Shown here piece by piece: positions 48,257-60,200 of a stretch of 64,000 nt of DNA (the first letter of the stretch is position 1; every line of letters starts with the position of its first letter). Made by a program: the position numbers and the translations under genes. The stretch covers positions 82,233 to 146,232 of the forward strand of contig JACRER010000079.1 in assembly GCA_016234365.1 (NCBI GenBank). The letters run 5' to 3'. Under the pieces are notes generated by a model, which ran no database searches, had not been told where the DNA came from, and saw only the letters and a list, made by a program, of their open reading frames with translations. This stretch comes from Elusimicrobiota bacterium (lineage in GTDB: Bacteria; Elusimicrobiota; Elusimicrobia; Elusimicrobiales; UBA9959).

Positions 48257-51200
48257 ATGTCCGTGATAAAAGCGAGATCGTCGATGCATGCCCTGCGCAG
48301 ACCGATAATGGCTGTCGCCGGGTTATTGTTGTTCCTTGAGTTCCCTCTGAATGTCCGTGCCGCGTCCGTCGCCTGGACCGGCCAGGGCGGGGATTCAAAT
48401 TGGTTCACTTCGGCTAATTGGGGCGGGAATGCCGTGCCTGGGTCCGGGGATGACGTGACAATAGACGCGAACGTTACCGTGACCGCGGCCTCGTTCCCGA
48501 TAAATTTCAATACGCTCACTCTTGGGGGGGTGAACAGCCCCACGCTTAAATTGTCCACTGGTACGGCAAACGCCGGTTCGTTGGTGATCAATAATAAGTC
48601 CGTTTTTGAACAGAACAGTTCTCTGCCGCTCACGTTTTCCTACGTGACGATCAATTCCGGCGGTAAATTGACCCACACTCCCAATTCCAGCTCCCGCCAG
48701 TATTCAGTCAATCTCAATGTTACCGGGGACCTTGTGCTGCAGGCCGGGGCCACCATATATCTGGACTGGTTGGGCTACGCCAGCGACAGCGGACCCGGCA
48801 AAGGGTTTAATGCTGAGGGCGCGTCCGGAGGCGGCGGCGGCCATGGCGGCGCCGGCGGGAACAGCAATGCCGTGAGCGGCGGCATAGCGTATGACCTGGC
48901 TGCAAATCCAGGCGATCTGGGCAGCGGCGGCGGGCGTGCGGGCAGCGGAGCGTATGCAGGCGGAGGTTCCGGCGGTGGTATGGTGTCCGCGGTTATAGGC
49001 GGAACTGCCCACATAAACGGCTTGATAACCGCCGACGGGGGCTACGGTTATGCGGCCAATTCCGGCGGCAGCGGCGGCGGTGCTGGCGGCAGCATAATTA
49101 TTTCGGCCGGTGCCATTGATGGCAGCGGCGTGATGCGGGCCAATGGCGGTGCGGGCAAGACCGGCACCAATCAGTACGGCGGCGGCGGCGGCGGCGGCAT
49201 CATAGCCGTATCGGTGTCCATAGCTGATAATTTTTACGGGAGCAAGTCGGCTTTTGCCGGTTCCGGATATAAAACCGGCGGTACCGGTATCCTGGCGGGC
49301 CGCGTGGGCGCCGGGGCGAAGTATTCCATAACGGTGGATAATGCAAGCGTCCAGTCCAGTACGACGACTAAAATCACCGGCAACGCGGCGATAGGAAGCC
49401 TTTATCTGGCCCGAAGCAGTCTTGTTTTCAGCACGTTCAGTGTTGACAGTCTTATGCTCGGACCAGAGGTTTCCATAACCGGCAACTATCTGGAAACCGG
49501 GGACCTTGTGGTTAGCACGAATGCTGGGAACGGGGTCATATCCAGCAGCCTGACCGTACGCAACAACGCCGTCATCAATTCCAGCGCGTCGCTGGTTTTG
49601 AGCACCATGACCGTGAACGGGGACCTGCTGTTGCTGCCCGGTTCGCAGCTAAAGCATAACGCGAATGAGGGTACGAAACAGTACTGGCTGAACCTGAGTG
49701 TTGGCGGCAATCTGGACCTTCAGGCCGGTGCTACCCTCTACCTAGACGGGCTGGGCTATGGCAGCGACAGCGGGGCGGGCAAAGGAGCCTTACTGGAAGG
49801 CGGTTCCGGCGGAGGCGGCGGACATGGCGGTTCCGGCGGCAGCGCCAATTCGGCCAGCGGAGGAACGGCGAACGACGTGGCGGCAGATCCCGCAGACCTG
49901 GGCAGCGGTGGTGGCCGCGCCGGGTCCAGCGGCGGTTATGGCGGTGGCGGTTCCGGCGGCGGATTGCTGTTGGCGAGGATAACCGGCTCGGCCCATATAA
50001 ACGGCTTGATAACCGCTAACGGTAGTGACGGTTCGTCCAGTAACGCCGGCGGCAGCGGCGGCGGAGCTGGCGGCAGCATAAATATTACGGCCGGCGCCGT
50101 TGACGGCAGCGGCGTGATGCGGGCCAATGGCGGCGCGGGCAAGACCGGCACCAATCAGTACGGCGGCGGCGGCGGCGGCGGCATCATAGCCGTATCGGTG
50201 GCCATAGCTGATAATTTTTATGGGAGCAAGTCGGCTTTTGCCGGTTCCGGATATAAAACCGGCGGTACCGGTATCCTGGCGGGCCGCGCGGCCGCCGGGG
50301 CGAAGTATTCCATAACGGTGGATAATGCTAGCGTTCAGTCCAGCACGACGACCAGAATTACCGGCAACGCGGCGATAGGAAGCCTTTATCTGGCCCGGAG
50401 CAATCTTGTTTTCAGCACGTTCAGTGTTGACAGTCTTATGCTCGGACCAGAGGTTTCCATAACCGGCAACTATCTGGAGACCGGGGACCTTGTGGTGAGT
50501 ACGAATGCTGGGAACGGGGTCATATCCAGCAGCCTGACCGTACGCAACAACGCCGTTATCAATTCCAGCGCGTCGCTGGTTTTGAACACCATGACCGTGA
50601 ACGGGGACCTGCTGTTGCTGCCCGGTTCGCTGCTTAAGCATAGCGCGAATGCGGGTACGAAACAGTACTGGCTGAACCTCACTGTGGGCGGTAACCTGGA
50701 CCTGCGGGCCGGAGCCACTATCTACCTCGACGGGCTGGGTTATGCCAGCGACAGCGGGACGGGCAAAGGAGCCTATGCTGAATGCGCATCCGGCAGCGGC
50801 GCCGGGCATGGCGGTGCCGGCGGCAACACCAATTCTCTGAACGGCGGTCAAGTCTATGACGTGGAGGCTGATCCGGCGGAACTGGGCAGCGGCGGCGGCC
50901 GTGCCGGCTGCAGCGGCGGTTACGCGGGCGGAGGTTCCGGAGGCGGATTCCTGCTGGCGAAGGTGAACGGCGCGGCCCATATAAACGGCTTGATAACCGC
51001 CGACGGGGGCTATGGTTATGCGGCCAATTCCGGCGGCAGCGGCGGCGGTGCTGGCGGCAGCATAGTTATTTCGGCCGGTGCCATTGATGGCAGCGGCGTG
51101 ATGCGGGCCAACGGCGGTGCGGGCAAGACCGGCGCCAGCCAGTATGGTGGCGGCGGCGGCGGCGGAAGGCTAGTGCTCACCTATACTTCCCTCAGCCCGG

Positions 51201-54200
51201 CCATCATTTCCCAGGTAAATGGCGGCGGCGGTTATCAAAGCGGCGGGACAGGGACAATATATAAGGTAAACACCGATTTCCCGCATGTTTCTACCGTAAC
51301 TTTTGGCGGTACGGCCATCGCCGGCAGTGCCCCCGATAAAGCGCACGCTGGAGACCTCGCTGTTACCATAACGTTCGACCAGGCCATGGACACCGCCTCG
51401 CCGCCTTCGGTGACCATCGGCACCGAGGCTCCGTTCGATCAGAATACCGTGGCGGGAAGCTGGCGGGACCTTGGTGTCTGGTCGGGTACTTTTACGATCA
51501 CGGAACAGCTTCCTAACGGAACGCAAACGCTGGTCATAAGTAATGCCAAAGCCCAGAACGGCAAATATCTTGAAGCGGCCGCGACCAGGACGTTCGCCCT
51601 GGACACCGTCAGCCCGGCCGCTCCCGTTCTCTCCGCAGTGGCCGTGGCCGGCGGGAAAGTGGACCTGGGCTTCCAGCGGCTGGAGCCGCCATCCGAGGCG
51701 GGCCTGGTCCTGCAGCGGTCGACCGAGGCCGCGTTCTCTACCTTCACCGTGCTGGCGGACGAACTTGCAACGGGGACGCAGGTCTCCGTGCCGTTCACCG
51801 ACACTCCCGCCGCCGACGGCGCCTACTATTACCGGGCGGCGTTCCGTGACACTGCGGGGAACACCGGCGTATTCTCGGATATGGTTTCCGCGGTCTCCGA
51901 CAGGGTCCCGCCTGTCCCTCCTTCACAGCTTCAGACAGTGTTTGCCGGGGGCAGTGTTTTGTTGAACTGGGATCTGGTGGCCGATGCGGCGGCCTACAAT
52001 ATCTACCGGACTACGTATTCCGCCGTGGCCGCGACCGGTCTGACCCCGGCAATAGCGGGCGCGGCCGGCATTACGGCCGCTGACTCTCCTTCCGCGGATG
52101 CCACTTACTACTACATGGTTACCGCCGTGGACGCGGCCGGCAACGAAGGCGCTCCGGCCTTTGGCACTCTTGCCGTGGACTTGCACGCGCCGGTACTCGC
52201 GATATCCGGGTTTACGGATGGGGGGCAGTACAATAGCGATGTGGCGGTTTCGGTGGCCATAGCAGATTTCTCCTCGGTGTCGTCCACGATCTCGCTTAAC
52301 GGGGTCGTTGTGGGCAGCTTTACCGTGGTTTCAGCTGCTGGGGCATATACCCTCTCGGTGGAAGCCACGGATGCTTTCGGTTCGTCCACCTCGACCGTGC
52401 GCGGCTTCGTTATAGACAAGACCGCGCCGCAGTTCTCCATTCTCTTCCCGGCGGAGGGGTTGGTGACCAACCAGAACGTGACCGCGGTCTACGCCTCCAC
52501 CGACGACTTTACCCCGTATTCTTCCCTGGTCTTCCGCGACGACCTGGGCCGCGCGCCGCCTTTTACCTACTCGACCGAAGGGGTTAAGACCGCCACCTTC
52601 ACCGCCCGCGACCTGGCCGGCAACGTGGCCGCGGCCACCGTAACTTTCACCATAGACAAGACCGGCCCGGGCGCGGTCGCCGACCTGCGCTTCACGCAGT
52701 TCCTGCCGGCCTCCGGCAAGGTGGACCTGGCCTGGACCGCGCCGTACGACTCCCTGAGCGGCCTGGCGTCCTATACGCTTAAAGCCGCCACCTACCCCAT
52801 AACCGCCGCCAATTTTACGGCAGCCCCCGCCCTGTTGGAAGGCATCCCTGCCCAGCCGTCCGGCTCCGCGGAGCAGTTCAGCATACCGGTGAGCACGGCT
52901 CAAACGCTTTACTTCGCGCTGAAGGCGGCCGACGCCGCCGGCAATCTGTCCGCCGTTTCCAATGCCCTGATAATGGACGTGCAGCCGCCGGTGATCTCCG
53001 CCCTGTCGCCTTCCGCCACAGGCTACCTCACGCGCCCGGTCACGGTGGGCGCCGGCATAACAGACGACATCGGCCTCGCCTCCGTGGCCTTCTACGTGGA
53101 CGGCGCTCAGGTTTACGCGCCCGCCGCCCCGCCGTATTCTTTCCACTGGAACACGGTGGCCCGGCAGGACGGGGAGCATACGGTGCTGGTACGCGCGAGC
53201 GACGCCGCCGGCGGCGTAACCGAGCGCTCCGTGGTCTATAACCTTCAGTACCAGCCGCCGGCTACCCCGGCTCTGACCTCGCCATCTTCCGGGGTGGCCA
53301 TAAAGGTGGCCACCTTCACCGTGGCCGGCTTCGCCGAAGCGGGGATAACCGTGCAGTTCAAGGTCGACGGGTATGTGGCCGTGTCCACGCAGGCCGCCGT
53401 TAACGGCGCGTTCAGCGCGGTGGTAACTTTGCAGACCGAAGGCGCCCATGCGTTGACCGTCGCGGCCGCCGACGCCAGGGGCGCCAGCGCCCCCAGCGCT
53501 CCCGTCATGGTGGAGTATAATTTCACCGCTCCCGGGGCCCCGGCCGGGCTGGCCGCCGGGGTTGCCGCCGCCGGCAAGGTGCCTTTGTCCTGGAACGTGC
53601 CCGAAGGGAAGGTCCCCTCCGGCTACCGTGTTTACCGGAGCACTTTCGAGACCGGGCTGGCCGCCGGTACTTCGCCGTCCCAGGCGCCGGCGGCTTCCGT
53701 GACGGGTCTTGCCTACAGCGATCTGCCCTCCTCCGACGGAGTATACTACTACGGCGTTACGGCCCTGGACGCCAGCGGCAATGAAAGCCCGTTGTCCAGT
53801 ATTGTGCCTGGAGTTTCCGACCGCACGCCGCCTTCCGCCGCGCTGGCTTTCAGCGGCGTACAGCCGCCTTTCGGCGCCGGGGATCACCCATTCAACCTGA
53901 CTCTTTCCGGCATTCTGGCCTCCGCGCCGGTGCTCGTGTTCACCCCGCCGGGTATGGACCCGGTGAACGTTCCGCTGTCGGCGTCGTCTCCGACCGTGTG
54001 GATAGGCACCCTTTCCGTAACGCAGGCCATGTCCCCGGGTAATGGCCGCTTCGCCTTCCAGGGCAAGGACCTGGCCGGAAACACCGGCACCGCCATTTCC
54101 GCAGGTTCCGTAGTTGCTCTGGATCTTGCCGGCCCGTCCGGCGCGGTGGAACTGGTCCCCGCCTCGCCGGTGAAGGCTGGGGAGGTATTTGTGACTCTGC

Positions 54201-57200
54201 GGCTTTCCGAGCCAGCCGCGTACACACCAAACCTGGTATGCAGACCGGCCGCGGGGGACCCGATAACCGTTGTCCTTTCAGGTTCAGGCGAGCTCTGGAG
54301 CGGTATTCTCAACGTACCGCAGGGGGCGGACGGCCAGGCCGCGTTCATCTATAACGCCTCCGATCAGTTGGGGAACCTGGGCACCAGCTTGTCCGCCGGC
54401 GGCGTATTCACCATAGATACTGTTCCCCCGGGAGCGCCGCTGTACGCGCGGGCGTCCGCTAAAACAGCCGGCGCGGTAGAATTGAACTGGAGTTCGCCGA
54501 TAGGCGGGACGCCGTGGCGGTATAAAGTCCACCGCGACGGAGTGGAGGTTTCCTCTTCCGTGGCGCCAAAGGCGGACGGCAGCGGTACCTACCTGGAAAC
54601 TCCGGTGGACGGCGAGCATTCCTATACCGTTCTGGCCGTGGACGCGGCGGGCAACGAGGGCCCGCTTTCCCAGGCGGCGCAGGTAACGGCGCGTTCAACG
54701 CCGCCCGCGGCGCCGCTCTCTTTGAACGCCGCTCTTAACCAGTACGGCCGCGCGGAGCTTTCCTGGCAGCCTGGTGACGCGGACGCCGCCTCTTACGCGG
54801 TTTACAGGACCACTTACCAGCTTGTTGCCGCGGCGGGGGCTTCGGGCGCCCCGGTCTCGCAGCCGCCCTACGTGGATACCCCGGAAAAGAACGGCCTGTA
54901 CCATTATGCGGTATCGGCTTTCGACTACGCCGGCAACGAATCGGCGCTGTCGCAGGAAATTCTTTTAAACTGGGACAAAGCGCCGCCGGTGATAACCATA
55001 ACGGGAGCGGCTGACGGAGCGATATATAACTATGCCCCGGCGCCGGCCTTCAGCGCCGCCGACGGCGTTTCACCGCAGATAACTATTTACGCCAAACTTG
55101 ACAATGTCCCGTTCCTTTCCGGCGCGGTCGTGGCGGCGGAGGGGGAGCATACCCTGGTCGTTACCGCCGTGGGCCAGTCGCTGGCCTCCTCCACCAGGAC
55201 CGTGCATTTTACCGTGGACCTCACCTCCCCGGCGGTCTCCATAGCCGGCGCGGAAGACGGGGCCTTCTACTCCTCCGAGGTCGTGCCGGTGATCTCTGCC
55301 TCCGACGCGCGGCTCGCCGCCGTGCAGTTGGTTCTGGACGGGGCGGCCTATACGGCCGGGGTGCCGGTCTCGTCCGACGGGCGCCATCTGCTGTCCGCGA
55401 CGGCGCGGGACCTGGCCGGCAATATTTCCGTGGCCAGCGCGGCTTTCACTCTGGACCTGCCGCCTCCGGCGCCAGCCGGGTTCACGTTCAACGCGCAGGA
55501 GACCGCCGGCGCCGTGCTGACCTGGAATTCCCCGGCCGCCGACACCGCCGGCTACCGCGTTTATAAGGACGGGCAGCTGCACTCGCAGGGGCTGGTGCGC
55601 GAGCTCAATTATTCCGACCCCGCTTTTGTGCAGGGCGAGGCCCATGTCTACGGGGTTTCGGCCGTGGACGCAGCCGGCCATGAGGGCGCGCGCGCCGTCA
55701 TCAACATTCCCGCTGTCACTTTTACGCTGGATTCTTACGGCGTCGCCGACAGCAGTTCCGCGGTTTTCGTGCGCGGCTTCTTCGATACGGCGCGCCTGAG
55801 GCTCGGCAATAACGGGCCCCTCCCGCAGCTTATAGGGCCGGTCACGGCGGCGCTGGTTTCCGGCGGGGTTTCCGCCCAGGCTCCGGCGGTCTCCGTGGCG
55901 GCCGGCGGTTCCGCGCTGGTCTCCCCGGTGCTGCCGGTCCCGGCGGAACTGCCGGCTTCTTCCCAGCTCAGGGTCACGCTTGCGCTGCCCGCCGGCATAG
56001 GTTCGGCGGCGTCCTTCACCCGGATATTCACCGTGGCGGCGGTCTCGCCGCGCGAGCCTATAGTTGAACTGCTCACCGAGCCTCTGGTGCGCGGCATGAA
56101 CAGCAGGGTACAGGTGAAGTTCAACAACAAAGGTTCGGCGCCGCTGGAGATAAAGACCTGGCCCGGCGACATAGCGGCGCAGCTCTCTACCCCGGAGGGC
56201 ACCACCCTGGCGCAGGGCCGGCTGCAGCAGATCGGCGGCGGCGCCCAGCCCTGCCCCGGCGGCTATTTCGTGCAGGTGGGCGCGCAGTCCAGTTACATTT
56301 TTGAGCCTATAAGCCTGTTCGTGCCGGCCGGGCTGGGTGACAGCGGGCAGGTCTCCGCCGTAATAGAACGGGTTTATAGCGGCCTGGCCGGTTCCTCTCC
56401 AGCGGCCGGGGCGCGCGTATTCTCCGCGACCGTTACGTTGTCAGGTGTTGCGGAGCCGCCCTATTCCGCTACCGTGGTGCCGGAACGCGCCGTTTACGAC
56501 CAGGGCACGGCGGTGAAACTTGCCGGGTCCGCGCTGCTGTCCGGCGGTTCCCTGCTTCCCGGCGCAACGGTGCAGATAGGCGTTTTGGCGCGCGGCTATG
56601 AACGCACGGCTTCCACGGTGACGGACGCTTCCGGCCATTACGAACTCACGTTCGCTCCCACTCCGGGCGAATCCGGTATCTATTCCCTCTGGGCCGCCTA
56701 TCCCGGGGTCCTCAACCGGATGCAGCAATCCAGTTTCACCATAGTCGGGTTCGGTTTCCAGTATTCCGATTACAGCGCGAGCCTGGTGCAGAACTCCTCC
56801 GTCGCTTTCCGCGTGAACCTGCTCAATTCAGGCCAGACCCCCCTGGCGGGCCTGACGGCCTCCGTGGAGGGCTCCGCGGCCGGGGTGGCGCTGTCGCTGG
56901 ACCAAGACTCTCTGCCGGCGGGCCTGGGCAGCGGGCAAAGCGCCCCGCTGAGTTTCACCGCTTCCGCCTCGGCGGCGGCGGCCGTGGGAACCTATAACTT
57001 CACCGTTAACGTGGAGGAGGCAGACGGCTACAGGCGCAGCCTGCCGGTAAAGATAGCGGTGGCGGCCGCTTCCCCGGTACCTTCAGCGTCGCCCAACGCT
57101 TTCAAGATAGGCATGTCGGCCGGGCAGACCAGGACGCTTACCGTGACCTTGTTGAATAACGGCATGGCTGACTGGAAAGGCATGTATCTGGCCGCGCCGT

Positions 57201-60200
57201 CCCTGGCCTGGGTCTCCTTCACCGGAAATACGGCCATAGGCGATATACCTCCCGGCGGTTCCGCGGTGGTTACGCTCAAGGCCGCTCCTCCGGCCGGCCT
57301 GGCCAGCCAGGCTTTCGCTTCCAACCCGCTTTTTGAAGCGCGTTCTTCCAACGCGGCCCCGCTGCCGGTCTCTTCCCTTATAACCATAACCGCTTCCGGG
57401 CTGGGCAACGCTGTTTACAACGTCATCAACGCCGACAAGCCGGCGGTCAACGGCGCGGGCACGGGCATAGCCGGCGCCGAGGCCGAACTAATAAGCCTGG
57501 ACGTGGCCGGCCTCAGCGCTAAGGGCACCGCCGACGCCAACGGGGTCATACAGGTGCTTAACGTGCCGGCCGGGCGCTATTCCTATACCGTCAGGGCGGC
57601 CGGTTTTGAGAACGCTTCCGGCGTGGAGACCATAGAGCCGGGAGTGACGCTGCAGCGCGACGTGGCGCTGCCCACGGATGTGGTGAGTTACGAGTGGACG
57701 GTCACGCCTACCACCATAGCGGACACCTACAACGTCTCGCTCAGCATCACTTTCAAGACCGACGTGCCCGCCCCGGCCCTGGCCATGTCCTCGCCGTTGT
57801 TCAACTTCGAGCTGCCGGAAGAAGGCGGCGGGGCCGACGGGCAGTTCACGCTTACCAATAACGGACTGGTCTCGGCGCGCAATATAGAGCTGAACTCTTC
57901 CGGCGATGCCGCCATGTCCGTTTACCTGCCGTATTCCTCCATCTCCGAGCTCCGGCCGGGCGCCAGCGTGGTGGTGCCGTTCCATGTTGCGCTGGCGCAC
58001 GCCTCCTGCCATAGCGGCACGCTGGGCGGAAACTATAAGTATACCGCCGCCTGCGGCCAGACAATGACCAAATCCCTACCGTCGGCCAAGGTTAACGCCG
58101 GGCAATGCGCCTCCATAGGCGCCAGCACCAATACTGCCTCCTCTTCCGGCGGCTTTATTGGAGGTGGCGGCGGCACGGGCGGGGGAGGTGCGTCCGGGGT
58201 CAGCATTTCAGTGCCGTCGTCTTTCGTGTCTTACGTGGTGGCCAATCCGCCGGCGGTGACGCCTACTTCCAAAATGTGCCGCGAACCGGCCGAGAAGAGA
58301 CCCTCGGAATGCGTAAGCGGCGTTTGCGTTGACGGGGCGGCCTACAGCGACGCGGGCGGCGATCCGCGCATTCCCGTGGCGGACCTGTCCGTGGAGCTCC
58401 CCAGTTTGGGCGGGGCGCTGCCCTTCGCGCGGGTGTACGACAGCCTGGACATGGACGCCGGGGCTTTCGGGCGTTCCTGGCTCCACTCCTTTGAATCGCG
58501 CGTGGCGTTGCGTTACGCAGGGTCTGCGTATTTTACCGGCGCGGGCGGGACGGCGCAGGCGGGCATTCCGGCCGTAAGCGCCTCCGGGGCCGTGGCTTTA
58601 CGCGGCCCGGCCGACGTTCTGGCCGAAGTGCGCCCGCCGGACGGGCGGAGGCTCGTTTATACCGCCAACCCTGACGGTTCCTTCGCGCCGCCTTCCGGTG
58701 AAAGCTCCACGCTGGCGGTCATAGGCTCCACGGCGGCTCCGGAAGGGTTCGCCTGGACCACTCCGGGTAAGACCGTCTACCGCTACGACGCTTCCGGCCG
58801 GCTGGTTTCCATAACCGACAACAATGATTCCGCTATAACGCTGGAATACGGCGGCGGGCGGCTTACGGCCGTGAAGGACCCGGAGGGAAGGACGGTGTAT
58901 TCGTTCGTTTACAACCAGGACGGGACATTGGCCTCCGTAACGGACCTGGGCGGCCGTTCGGCGGCGTTCGGTTACGCGGACGGTATGCTGGCCTCCGCGG
59001 ACGGCCCCGAGGGCCATACGGCTTATGCCTACGGCGCCTACGGGATAGACGGGCTGGCGGCGTTCGGCGCCGGCGTGCTGGACGACCTGCAGGCGGACGT
59101 GAAGACGCTGAAACTGATCACCGGCGTAACCTCGCCCAACGGGCACGTGACCAGCTTTACCTACGGCGCGCCGGCGCAGGTGGTGGACTACGTTTCGCAG
59201 GCTTCGGCCATAAATACCGGCACTAACTATACCGGTGCCTCCACCGGCGAACTGTCGTTCTGGGGCTTCAGCGCCCAGCCGGTTACGGCGGGCAAGCCGG
59301 AACTCGCGGAGGAGAAGTATTATTATGCGCCGCTGCTTGTCACGCAGTCCGGCTACGCGCTGGACAAGGCGGCGTTCGCGCGCTGGTATTTCCCGCAGGT
59401 GTATGTTACCACCGGCGAAATCGGCAGCAGGGGCGCGTTCACGTTCCGGCACACCATGGACGAGCTGCTGGGCATAGGCTCCACGGAAGTGACGGACCCG
59501 CTGGGCCGCAAGAGCACCTACAAATGGGAGGTCTTGAGCGGGCGCGCGGTGGGGATGGAGCGGACCGATCCTGCGGGCGGCGCTACGGCTACGGCCTACG
59601 ACACGCGGCGCAACCCGGTGCAGGTGACCGACCGCGCCGGCAGGGTAACGCAGTTCGTCTACGATTCCAAGAACAACGTAACGGCGGTGATAGACCCGCT
59701 GGCCAACCGGACCAACTTTACCTACGAGCCGATCTTTAATGGCCTGGCCTCGGTAATGGACCCGCGCGGCAACAGCAGCTCTTTCGGCTACGACGCCAAA
59801 GGCAACCTGACCAGCGCGCAGGACGCGCTGGGGAACGCCGTGCAGATAGCGTACGACGCCCACGGCCTGCCCGTAAGCATAACGGACCCGCTTAACCACA
59901 CCGTAACCATAACGCGCGACGGCAACGGCTACGCCACCCAGATAACGGACCCCTTAACCCGCAGCGCGCACATGGGCTACAACAATATCGGCCGGGTGGT
60001 GTCTTTCACGGACGGCGCAAACAGGCAAACCCAGTTCGCGTACGATACGGCCGACAACCTCACCCAGGTTACCGACGCCATTAACGGCGCAACGCATTAC
60101 AACTACACCGCTGGCATAATAGCCGAGGGTAAGTTGCTTTCTTCACTTGAGGACGCCAAGAGCCACACCACGCAGTTCGGGTACGACACCCGCGGCAGGC

